Source: Chrysomallon squamiferum (taxonomy: Eukaryota; Animalia; Mollusca). From it: 64,000 bases of DNA. This document shows positions 13,801 to 34,825 of this stretch, piece after piece. Within the stretch, counting starts at the first letter, position 1, and each line of letters opens with the position of its first letter. The notes below the pieces were generated by a model that saw only the letters and a list, made by a program, of their open reading frames with translations, did no database searches and had not been told where the DNA came from. The position numbers and the translations under genes are program-made. The stretch is taken from positions 23,374,001 to 23,438,000 of the forward strand of contig CM022665.1 of assembly GCA_012295275.1 (NCBI GenBank), written 5' to 3'.

Positions 13801-15393
13801 ATTATCAGTGTGGGGACTTGAGCCATGGGATTTAACTTCTTATATTCATCTTCAAGCTATAATTTAAACAGGTTAACAAAATTTAAAAAAATCTATTTTA
13901 TCATGAAATATTGCATCTAAATTGTACAACCTTTAGCATAGTAATAATACAATATCTGTGTTACTAATAATCACATATCTTCTTGCACTAATTTATTATT
14001 CAACTGACTACCACCATGTAAAAATATTTTTATGACACTGAAATAAGAAAAATGACAATCGAAGGGAATGAAAAAGGACAGGATCAGCTTATGTCAGAAT
14101 CCTTCTCTTTAGTTATAATGCTTCTTGCTCATAAACTGAAAGCATGTAACTATCCTTTTGAGTAAGTACTTTCTTTACTCTTTTTTGTATATGTACATTT
14201 TTTTATAATCATAAAAGTAGCTTAGCAGTTTCTTCTCCAACCCTTAGGTAAGGTTATGATACCTGGTTGATAATAATCTGATCTATGACTCACCATACTT
14301 CATCAGTAAAGTTATAAATGATTAGTTGTTTTCACCTCAAGAATCAAAACATTATTCAAGTATTGAACTTCAAAGTTATTACCTGTTCACCTTTTATTAG
14401 GCTAACTGCTCTATATTCATAATCTATTCCCTTCAGCTGTAATGCTAGAATACAAACAAAAAAATTAAATTTAAATATATATCCTAAACACAGTGCTATA
14501 TATACTACCAGTCTGAATTTATTAAGTCTATATTTCTTAAAAACATTTAAATGTAGGTAGTTATAAAACCAAAACAGGCTTCATGAATTACTATTCATAC
14601 TGCTTTATTTTTACACATTAGAGATATCTTTACAGATTTAGTTGCTAAATACATTGATGCTGAATAAAATATTACATGGAATTTACCTTTATACTAATCT
14701 TTACATCCTCTTTATACTACTGGGGCCTTTAAATATGGGTTTATCATTTTAACTGATAAATACAAAATACAATAATAATGATAATAATAATAATAATAAT
14801 AGTAATTTATTTTCAAGTATATTTTGTGTTTACCTATTCTAACTCTGTAAGATGCTGAACTTCTATAGTAGGAATAAAGAACAGGCTGAAACAGTATATT
14901 AAAGGAACCATTATTGCACATAAATACAAAAAAATATTTTTAACTTTAAATTTTTTTTTTTTTAAAATGCCTTAGCCTTTATATTAATAGGAAGTATTCC
15001 TTATTTTATTTTTATTTTTATTGCTGTAATCTCTTAATAACACATACATAAGCACCTTTATATATATGTAGAGAGGGCCTAAATAATCTTATTTTACTTT
15101 TAGCTGGTGGGCAATTTGTACTAATAATAAAGTATTGTTACAAAAAATACAAGGATTTATGAAAGCAGGCACTGTCTTTTATCATATCATTTCTTTCCTG
15201 TATTTATCCCTGTATTTTAATGTGCCCTTATCATTACTAATTTTAAAAGACACTAGTAATAAATAAAACTATTACCTGCAATCATATATGATTTTTTTTT
15301 TTTTTTTAGATTATTTGTTCATGTACTATCAATGATGAAATACAAAACTGTATATAATTAAATATAATGACGGGGCTATACCTTTGATGTCAT
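10811..15393 (-). CDS. GSTZ1: Glutathione S-transferase zeta / maleylacetoacetate isomerase, 8 coding exons
   Basis: Spliced: MTSK|[18 protein letters not shown]|[20 protein letters not shown]|[27 protein letters not shown]|[12 protein letters not shown]..|[25 protein letters not shown]..|..[17 protein letters not shown]|[30 protein letters not shown]. Colinear with human GSTZ1; all introns GT-AG. Confidence 0.95.
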
Positions 15394-16580
15394 AATGTGG
15401 TATTATAAATTCAGTTCAGTTTGCTTATCTGAAACAGAGCAAGGTTTTATTAATTTAAATGGTAAATTTAATTGTATATAAATTACGTATTGTAAATATA
15501 GCACAGAAAATTTAACTTACAGTGTAAATAAATAACACTGTTTGTTTTGTTTTTATAAATTCATTTTCTTAAATTTTTCCCTTTTATTTATTTATGTCAT
15601 ATTTATTATATCTTTTCTTATTTATAAACCTTGGTTGAAATTATTATTTTTGCTTACAACTATAATTTACATACATAAAAAAACAAACAAACAAACAAAA
15701 AAAAAAAAAAAAAATACGTCAACGTTATACTTATGAAGTGAAAAATTATGTTAAAAACTTATTAAGAATACTGTTTTTTATGCTTCGGATACAAATATGT
15801 GATTCGTCTTTAAATCATAAATAAATATATATACACACACACATACTTCCTATTACTATATTTGTTTTGATAATTACATAGACCACTAAAACGACTGTAA
15901 TATTTGAATATTTACGTGTTAAACATCATTTTGGATTAGTTTTAACTATTAAATATCAACACTGTGAAACTTTTGGATGTTAAATAACATGGACAGAAAC
16001 AGTGACATAGAATAAAAATTAAGAATACTATATACAGAGATAAAATCCTACATCTTGTTGATATTTTTAGTTACTGACGAAATTAAAATGTAGTTCCAAA
16101 TTAGTGAAACGTTTTCAGAAATTAATGGTATTTGTCGTTCTTTGCACTCCACCTCCTCAACGTGGCCCAACTATTTTATAGTTCATTTTCAAAACATCAG
16201 ATATCATTTTTATAGTTTCAAAAATGATAACAGTTATCACCATGGATAATATATTACTTTTATTAGGTTAAATATACTTTAATTTTATTTATTTAGTTAT
16301 TTTACTGCAGCAAGAAAGCCTAAATCATTTGAGTATTGATAAGAGATGAGCAATTGTAATAATAATAATAAGATGATGAAATTGAATAATAATATGAAAA
16401 AGTCGATGTTACTGTTAGTTAATAGATTTTTTTATTATTATTTTTATTTTTGGTATGTGTGTGATGCTAAATAAAACAAGTGCAAATTAAAAACGTATTG
16501 TTATTATTATGACTATGAGTAGATGAAATTCAAGAATAAATAACAAACATTTTAAAACAAACTATATTTTATTTATATCA

Positions 16581-16650
16581 CTCCGGAAGGGAAATCCCAT
16601 ATACAATTTCCCAATTGCATTGTGGGAGTTACGTGGCATTCGCCATACGA
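16581..16650. promoter_or_regulatory. Core of the divergent GSTZ1/SEC23 promoter region (ETS, kB-like, ZNF143/SBS, CREB3/XBP1-type motifs)
   Basis: CCGGAAG (16583), GGGAAATCCC (16589), TACAATTTCCCAATTGCATTGTGGGAGTT (TCCCACAATGC on the - strand) and TTACGTGGCA (16629). A likely non-coding first-exon donor AAG|GTAAAA follows at ~16725. Confidence 0.6.
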
Positions 16651-17447
16651 CAGTGTATGTGGCTTTTAAGTGTTAAAACCAACGTCATATTTTATCGTGT
16701 GGTTCCATAAATTTTAATTTCAAAGGTAAAACAATTTTGTTATCCATTCCAGTAAGTTTTTCTTCTATTATATGACTTTTAATCTTTAAGTTAGAATACG
16801 AGTGTAATGACACGTAATAATATATTATATGCATCGTATTACGATTGTGAATATGGAGACATAAATTGAGACACCATCAAATATTTTGACAGATCATAAT
16901 TATTTTATTTATCTAACCTTCTATAATAGATAAACAAATTTTCATTCTCTTGTTCACAGAAATTAAATATTTTAAATAATTCGATTTAATGCCATATATA
17001 AAATATTACACTAAATATTGCTGAAAGAAGTTAAAATTGATCTCGGTATAAATATGTGCTCAAAGTTTAATACTATAATCAGCATATTTAGTACTACATA
17101 TTTCTTTATGTAAAAATATTTATTAAATATGTATAAAGAACAAGGAGTAAATTAATGATTTCATATAAATAGTTGGGATGCCAGAATCGTGAAAATATAC
17201 TATATAGTGATTTAACTTTTCAAAATAAATCAGTCATAATAAAGAAAAGCATCCATCAGATAAAAACAGGAGTGTGCAATGTTATAAAATAATTATTTCT
17301 TTCCTGACCAATGGCAAAATAAATTTCTGACAGACATTTACATGTTAATGATATCCTTTTAAGAAACAGCTATGTATTATTATTAGAAATAATATATAAA
17401 ACGGAGATGACAGTTATTCCAATCTATAAAACAAAATGATAATTTAA

Positions 17448-25907
<8,460 letters not shown>

Positions 25908-28653
25908 ATTGTAACAACTTTGATGTAGAAAGACAGAACAGTTGAAATGAAAAATTATCTATTTCAACAGCACCAGATGAGGGGGAAAGACAGAGAGAGT
26001 AAATAATTGGTGATAAATCAAAGATACTTTTTCTGATGATGGCCTACCTTATTTCACTAGTCTGCCACTTAATAAAGTAAACTATATTTAGTCCAGCATG
26101 TGAGAATCTTTTTGAAGACATACAGAAGAAACCTAATTAACACTGCTTGTATATTCATTCCTATAATAGGAAATTAAAATAATGTGATTGTATCTTACTG
26201 TTTTACATTATGACCGTTTTTATTTTTGAATAATTTATCAAGTCAAGTGCTGACATTAATTTAAAAGCCTACTTGAATCTTTATCTGCATATAAAGTTGA
26301 TGTAGTATCATTTTCCTTTATGTAAATAAATTTTATATATAGTTTCAAATTTATTTAATTTTTAAAGCAATCTGCCTAGTTTCTTGTAATATAAATTATA
26401 TATGCAGCTAGATTTTGGTGTGCATTTCACAGCTGCTAAACCTGTTTAATATTTTGAAGATTATGGTTAAACCATAATCCTGTTTATTTCCATGAACTTA
26501 TGAGCCATATAAATGTTTTAAACAAATTTCTTTGATGCTAGTTGCATGAGAGTTGAATATTTTAATTACAATACTGGCAATTAAAAAAAAAAAAAAAAAG
26601 TTTGTTAAGAAAAGTTAAAATATTTTTAACTACAATGGAGATGTTTTTAATTTTTAATTTGCTTAATGTTTTACATTAATAAAAAAAATCTGTTGTTGTA
26701 CAATGCATTCTAATATAAAAAGAAAATAATGACTGTAAAATCATAAATAAAATAAAGAAAAACAAACAATGTCATTTGTCATTTAATGTTGCCTTTATTT
26801 AAAGCTGTCATTTAAAACAATGACTGGCATTCAGTAAACAATATCAGAGGTATCTTTATCGATGCATATTTGCTCTCTCCTAATGGCATTATCTCAGTCA
26901 CAAATAACAGCAAGAATGAAGTATTAAATTCTGTTAGGGGTTAGGAAGGTGTTATTTCAGAAGGGGAAGGGGCATAAACAAAATGTGATCCTAAACCTTG
27001 AATTTTTGGGAGAGTAGCATTTTATGAGTATTAAGTTATATCTTGAGTGCATGCAAAGATATGCCTCGACAGGCTAAGCTATTTCAATCTGGGATTCACA
27101 AGTTTAAATTTGTTTTATTGCATGACTTTCTTTTCTTTCTTTTTTTAAATGAGTCTTTAAATTTTCTGTACTAATTTGTAAGTCAAGACTACAATTTAAT
27201 CCCCAGTTTGATGTGAAAATTTAGAAATATTTATCAAGTTAATAATGCTGTAAAAAGCAGGATTTTTTTTTTTTTTTTACATAAGGGGGTGTTACCATAT
27301 AAAAAAGGTATGTTGTAAGGGTAATCAATATAATACTAATGATCACTACATCTACTGGCTTCTGATAATCAAACTGCAACGCATATTATGATATACAGTG
27401 CAAACGGTCATTTTCCTGCAGAATGGCTGACGGGTTTGGACAATGTCTTTCGACTAATTTATAAAATGACACGGTTCATCAACCAAAACAATTTCAGTAT
27501 ATTTTTCTCTTAATTTAAATATAATGTAAAAATTACAATTTTTTTTCTTTAAATTAATTTTACGAAATAAATTAACAAAATATACCTGTTAATCTGATGT
27601 AATTTCATATAAAATACATTCTTGAACAAAGCACAATATAGTCATGTTACATATTTTTATTTGTATCATTTAATAAGCTTCCATTTTCTTGCACTTCAGT
27701 GGTATCTTATTATTTTTCATGTTATGTGTTTTAATAAAAGAAAAGTGACATGTTTATATAATTAGCCTATACTAAAATGAATTCTGCATCTGCTATACAT
27801 TTTCTTATAACATACCCTCTGACAGAATGTAGAGGCTTTGTGCGTTAAGAGAATCACTGGGCATCACTAACAAATTTGTAGTTATTGCTTATGAGACATT
27901 TAAATTAACATTAAAAATTGGGGGTGGAAAAGGTTAATATGTTTCCAGCATTGTAACATTTTAAAAAGAAACAACACAAAACCCACTATATTGGACAACA
28001 TTACCGTAACTAATCTTGTTTAAACCAAATTATTATTATGTTTAAGATAAGCAACCTAATCAGGATTATTTTCTATATGAAAATTAATACAAGTACATAT
28101 TTTTATTATTTAATTACTAATAACTATCTACAGCTGGTTACACATCTGTATTAAAGCATAAAACAGCTGTTGCTAATGATATATCCAGCTAATTTCTTAC
28201 AGGAACAGTTTCTGTTAAACCATTGATGATATAGCTAGCATGAAATTATCTTCGAATTAATGCTGTACTTTTTATGTGTTGTTTGTGCTGTTTATTAACC
28301 TTTGTCCCTAACGGAAACTAAATCCTTGTGGAATTGTAACCACTGCTGTTATTTAAAATAAAATTTAAAAAAAAAAAAAAAAATGTGTAAAGCATAAAAT
28401 AAAGCTGATAATAATATGACTAGCTAAATTACTTTTGAATTAATGCAATACCTGAAACTAAATTTCATATTTGTAACTCTTACAATGATTATAATATTTT
28501 TTTTTTACAGTAAAAGTTTCTTTTTCTTCTAAGGTGAAACTGTGCTCCTTAATATAGACTGTTAGTATGCATATAATCCAAGTGTGGTGGAAATATCCTC
28601 TAGAAATAAGACAGAATTTGTCATATATGTTACTGACAGTTCTATTTTGGATG

Positions 28654-31153
28654 TCAGTGTAGAAAACGGATACTCATTTTTTGTTCAACATCAACTCTCT
28701 CCATAGCCTGCAAAAAACAACAACAATATACTATAAAGAATATCAAATAAAGATTTAACATTTTACATATATACACTTGTACTGTGACTACAGCTAAATA
28801 TTAATCATAAATGAAAGTGAAAACAAAATGTAACTAAAAATTATTTTTATGCTGCTCATATTCACATGAAATATTGATAGAATGTTCCTTGTTTTTTCTT
28901 CATTATTTATTGAACACATTTAAAATTTGTTTTTAAAAGCCAATAGTAATTCATAAAACACAAAATTCTGAGAGAAAGATATTTGTCATGATGCACAAAT
29001 AATACACAATGTGACTAACCTTTACAAACTCCTGAAATGAGATGCAATTGTCTTTATCGTCATCAACTTCTGCAATTGTTCTGTCAGCAATACTTCCAAG
29101 CTGAAACAAAACACTTAAAAGATAAACTATCAACATAACAATATTAGTTTCCTACTAAGTATAATTTTGTTTCATTCTTTTTTAAATGGCAAACTATGAG
29201 AAGATAGAAAGAAAATTTCTGATAGATGATTAAAATAAACAAATTCAGTTTAAGAACACTATTTTTAAGGGCAGTTTAAAAAAAATATATTTTCAGTAAA
29301 AAACAAAGAAAAAACCCCATTCAGTGTAAATTAAAGTGAAATGTAATCACAATAATTCAGTCAAATATAATGATGGTAAAGTAGAAACATTAAAACTCAA
29401 CTAAAATAAAATAACAATTTGATGCATCTTGATATCCCAAAAGCACACATGCACACATATAAATAATTAGAAAGAAAAAAAAAACAAAAAAAACAGTTAT
29501 TACTTGTTCTTCTGATATGTTGGTTCCCACCATCATGTGCAATATGGTCAGAAGCTCATCCTTTGAAATAAGTTCATCACCATCCAAATCGTACATCTTG
29601 AAGGCAACTGTAAATATTTGTTAATATAATTATCGGATCCAAAATAAAAATAAAAAATAGAAAAGGAAGAAAAAGAAAGAAGAGACTGTTCTTTCAAATA
29701 TAAGAAATGATATATATATTATTTTGTTTTTTGAAGGCATTGATTCAGGATACTTTAGTGAAACTAATAATGTAAACTTATTTACTTAATTCTGTAATTT
29801 AACTTTGTGATTGGAAAGGTAAAATAAGAAACAAAAGAGCTAACTTGTTACAAATAAAAATATACAGGTTCTCAGTAAAGATTTAAAAATAATTGAAAAT
29901 CTGTAAATTTAATGCTGACTGCAAATGTTATAAATTACACACATTTCAGTTTTTCTTCACGAGTATTAAGTTTGTTCCTTTCAGGGTTAGATTTCAATGG
30001 ACGAAATCGAGATAAAACTTGCATGAACTGTCTGAAGTTTATATCAGTGCTATTTTAAAAAGTATAAAGAAAAAAATTAAATTAAAAATTTTGAATAAAT
30101 ATATATATTTAAAATAATAATATTAAATTAAAGAAAAGAAAATAGGAAAAATAGCAACAAGTATGATTAAACAAAAAAAGATTTTCTTTGGAACAACTGA
30201 ACTACTATTTTCTACAGAACTTATGGTTTATTATTAATACAGTAAATCATATCTTAAAACTGGTTTATAATCCAGATTGTTTTGCTTTTTAATAAAAACA
30301 GTAATTAATGCACAGAGTATTTAAACAAAAATACAATGGATAATTTAACAGTTAAAATGAATTATTTTTGATCCCTTAGCTAAGAAACAAATATTTTATG
30401 ATTTTAGAAAAACATACTTTTCCTGAAAAAAAGACTGTACAAGACGATCACCAAGGGGGTTAATTGCCAGTTCTGGTATTCTTAGAAAATCAGCTCGGCT
30501 GAAATACAGAAGGGAAAAATAACGTAATATAAACTAAATGTAAGGTAATTATATGCTGGTTCATAGGTCAGAAACCTGAAATATACTCTATAACATAGTA
30601 ATGTCCTTTGTGGGGCTTTTTTCTTTTCTAAATTTTAAGGTTTAGCAATGAATCATGTAAAAATTAATGGGCTGTAACATTTATAAATCTATAAAAATAA
30701 AAATAAATTAATTTACACTTACCTTAAAGATCCATTTCTACTTTTGTCTAAACTTGCAAATCTACTGTACAGTCTCACAATCTGATTGTGGGAAACTATA
30801 ATCAAATTGTAAATACATTTATTTATAGTAATTATGTTTCAGACTATAAATGTTTTTAAATATCAAATATGTGTGTGTGTGTGTGTGTTTAAAATAAAAG
30901 AGAAAAAAAAAGAAAAACGTAAAATTATTAATTTTTGTTAACCATAACAGAATAACTCAGTGTTAATTTTATCTTTCTGAAAATTAATGTTACAGTTTCA
31001 CTTTGAATTGCAATTTCCATTCTTGACCGTAATACTATTAATTTAATTTTTATTTCTGTTTTTCATATTATTTGATCTTCTTTTTAAACAAATTTCTAAT
31101 TTACTTAAAAGAAATGTCACACTGACTGTTAGTAAATATATTTTTTATAAACT

Positions 31154-31200
<47 letters not shown>

Positions 31201-31689
31201 AAAGCTAAAGATGGGACATTTGAAATAATGAAAATACTTCTAAATTATGGAATGGTAAATTAATAATATAATTTGTTTCTTTTTTTATTATTATTAGTTA
31301 CTTATTTTATTTGAATTTATTTTGTGTTTATTATATATGTTTGGGATTTTATTTATTTATTACTATTATTATTATTATTATTTTTTTTTTTTTTTAGTTG
31401 TTCTAAATTTAAAAGAAGAAATCGAGAAGTTATTTTGTTGATATTACTGACATATGTAAATATTTCTAATGTCACTCTGAGAAATGCTTAGTTTATAATA
31501 TAAAATTATTTTAGTCGTAAGATATAAAAGGCAAAGTGCACAAGCCAAGGCAAATCCGAATCGTTTTACTCTATATTCAAACATTGATTACTGAATATAA
31601 TTTCTACAGGAATAAAACTTACACCCTGTCTCTTCTTGAATTTCTTTTATTTCTCCGTCACGTAACTGAATGGAGGCACGACTACCCAT
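28654..31689 (-). CDS. CHP1: Calcineurin B homologous protein 1 (EF-hand, N-myristoylation motif), 7 coding exons
   Basis: Spliced: MGSRASIQLRDGEIKEIQEETG|FSHNQIVRLYSRFASLDK..|RADFLRIPELAINPLGDRLVQSFF..|INFRQFMQVLSRFRP..LNTREEKLK|FAFKMYDLDGDELISKDELL..MMVGTNISEEQ|LGSIADRTIAEVDDDKDNCISFQEFVK|AMERVDVEQKMSIRFLH*. Confidence 0.97.
31156..31199. repeat. (TG)n microsatellite in CHP1 intron 1
   Basis: Seen directly. Confidence 0.95.
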
Positions 31690-31870
31690 AGTTAAACATA
31701 TGTATTATCACAAACTAACAGCTGCTAATTCTTACACTTATGACAAACTGGGTGTTGTAAACACCCTATTTCCGGGTGGGATGGTTATTCAAGGGAAATA
31801 ACTCTACAAAAAAGCATTGCTTCAGGGCAAGAGGAAAAGCACCATTTCGTGACTTGTAGGACTTTCATTA
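31690..31870. promoter_or_regulatory. Divergent CHP1/NDUFAF1 promoter region
   Basis: Start codons ~695 nt apart, head-to-head. Contains the inverted repeat GGGTGTT-gta-AACACCC with a forkhead-like GTAAACA, an ETS-like TTCCGG, and the imperfect palindrome GTTATTcaagggaAATAAC. Confidence 0.5.
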
Positions 31871-32221
31871 ATCATTTATCTTTTTATTTTTAGACACAAT
31901 GATAGGTGTAACAGTGAATTTCTGCACTTGTTATTATACCAAAATTAAATATAACATAAAAACTGCACAACTTTGGAGTCTTTTTGTTTACACTTTACCC
32001 TTTACTTGTAATTACCGAATTAGTTATAACTTTATTTAGAAATTGTATTTATTAATTAAAAATTATTTTGTAAATATTCAGTAACTTAAATTTTTTTTTT
32101 TAATTATTATAAATAAATAAATATATGACAGAATGAATTATGCTGTATAACAAAAATGATTATAAAAATTTTAATATTCTTCCTTTATTTGTAATTAGTT
32201 ATTATTGGTCAATAACAACCA

Positions 32222-32222
<1 letters not shown>

Positions 32223-32277
<55 letters not shown>
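32223..32277. repeat. (TA)n microsatellite
   Basis: Seen directly. Confidence 0.95.
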
Positions 32278-32281
<4 letters not shown>

Positions 32282-32383
32282 TATACATAATACTGGTAAA
32301 ATTGTATGCCACTGTTATTCTGTTTCAGATGTTAAAAGCATGACATGATACAATAGCAAAGCTTTAAACATATTTTTCAAACA

Positions 32384-34258
32384 ATGGCAACGTTTTTGGC
32401 AAGATGTTTATCTCAAGCTAGACAAGTAAGACATTTTTTGGAAGTGAGTGCTGTTGTTCATTCACCATCAGCCAGAGTCAGTGTTTTTGAATACGACCCG
32501 AAAGGTGGATACAGGAATGAGAAAAAACCACCAACAAAAGAAATCCTGAAACAAGGTTTAAAAGAACTCAAGGTTGAACTGGGGAATTTTAAAGAAGAAG
32601 TGAAAGAAAAATTATATTCTGATGTTTTCTTGGATCTTCAACATGGTGATTATGAATATCAGTGGAAAATGAACAGTCTGGATGTGATTGAGTCATGGGT
32701 TGTCACCAGTGATAAGGATAATAATGAAGGTCAGAGCAGAGCATCATTTGTGTTTAGCAAGAACAATACAGGTCTGTTCCATGGTTACCTATCACAAGAT
32801 GTTCCTAAAGATGGTGTTCAGAAAAGATCTGGCTACTGCAACATCAGATCACCTAGTAGATTTGTAAGTTTATGATAATGCTGTGTATTAATTGTTAGAT
32901 TTCTAACATATCCTTGTTTACACTTTATGGTATTGGGGTGAAATACCATAAAAATATGTTTGTTTCTTAAAGCATAAATATGGATTGGTTATATTTTATC
33001 ACAACTTCAGTCATTTTCTACATAAATGAAGTTGTATTTAGTGACGATAAAAGTGATGCAAGCAATATTTAATGTGTTTGAGAATCATATATTGTTTTCT
33101 TAATATATATAATAATTCTTAACCATGTATGTTTCATTTCATATTATATTTTTTCGTTTCCTGTGTTAATCAAAAACAAATAGAGAAATATTGTTAAATA
33201 TACTTGTCAAAAAATGTTTGCCAAGCATATATCTGAAACATATTTTGTTTATTAGCTGAGTAAAAGCTATAACTGATTAACATTTCTTTTGTAGAAATCG
33301 TTCAAGAGAAAGGTTCCATATGACTGGTGTCCATTCAACTGTTTACTTATGAAAGTAAGAGGTGATGGCCGCCCATATATGTTGAACATAGGAATGGAAC
33401 GGACATTTGACATTAATTGGAATGATCAGTATAACTATACATTGTACACTAGAGGTGGACCTTACTGGCAGATTGCAAAGGTTATTTATTTAGTTTTTTA
33501 GCATTATTATTTTTTGTTTTTTTGTTTAAATCATAAACGAATATCATAATTTGACATATAAATGTATAATGTAGTTAATTTTGTTGAACTTAATTATAAT
33601 AAACTGGACACAAAATTGTTAATTGAAATATTATCTTAATAACATCACTAATGGGATTAAATATGTTGTAGAACATAATATCCACTTTATTTGGATATTT
33701 AAGTTGGATTTTGGTGGAATGGTCACGTACGAAAAGCCATGGACTTTCTTCCTAGTTTTTATAATTATCAAATCATGAAGAACAACATTAAACAAGTGAA
33801 ACTTTCACTCACCTTAAATATTAAACTTAAAATATTTTTGAAAATCTGCTTTCAGATATATTTCTGATCTTGTTAATAATTATTTCTTCTGAAGGAAAAT
33901 AAAATTACATATATAACTTACAAAGTGTTTTTCAAGGTTAGTGTAATTTTGTCAGCTTATAATTTTAAACATCTGTGACTTCAAATATCATAATAACAAT
34001 GTATCAGTATACATTTTATAATTTCAATTTTAGATTCCATTCTCCAAATTTTATCTCACTAGTAAGGGAAGGATTCAAGATAAGCAGTCAGCAATACAGC
34101 TAGAAAAGGTTTCCTTCTTTGGAATTTCTCTCGGAGATGGAAATGAAGGACCGTTTTGTTTAGAAATTGATTCAATAGCACTGATGTTTGATGAAAACCA
34201 CGTGGAAGAGTTTGCTTATGAGATGTATGAAGCCAACCCAGCTCATGTTGGAACATGA
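32384..34258 (+). CDS. NDUFAF1: Complex I intermediate-associated protein 30 (CIA30), 3 coding exons
   Basis: Exons 32384-32863, 33295-33480 and 34034-34258. Mitochondrial-like N-terminus, then [85 protein letters not shown] and EEFAYEMY. Confidence 0.96.
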
Positions 34259-34701
34259 ACAATGTATGCTATAATTCTGAATTGTACAGATACTGATTTA
34301 CATGGGACATGAAGCTTTTGCAGTGTATTAAAATTCTTAACCATTACTCTGAGTGGATATTTTTAGTTGATGTTTCTATTACAAATACAGTAATAAGAAA
34401 GTAACAGTAATATTTTATACCATTATATTTGAATGTAAAATAAAAAACCATATTGTTTGAGAATTTTAAAAAAAATCATCTTCTATCATAGTTAAGTTAT
34501 CTTTCTGCAACTTTATTTCTTTTTTATCTTCACCCTAATAATGGTTAAACATATTTTAACATAAATCAAAAACCTTAGAGAAATAATTTGGCTGATTCCT
34601 ATATTGTAAAGGGACAGGCAACAAGTGTGACCTAAAAGTTTTAAAATAAAAATATTTCAATTTCAAAATACACTGAAATTTTTACTTTACTTCATTTTAC
34701 C

Positions 34702-34825
34702 GAGGCATGTATGCAAGGTGTGTGTAAAATCTCCATTATCTGCCTTCGTATGCCCCATACCAGCTCTAGCTGTTTGGGCCATCAGTTATGCACGCCCCCT
34801 ATGTAAATTGCTGCATATGGGCCTG
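34702..34825. mobile_element. Possible degenerate MITE
   Basis: GC-richer ~124-nt island in AT-rich intergenic DNA with imperfect terminal inverted repeats (GAGGCATGTATGCA ... TGCATATGGGCCTG). No clean TSD and no second copy seen. Confidence 0.3.
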
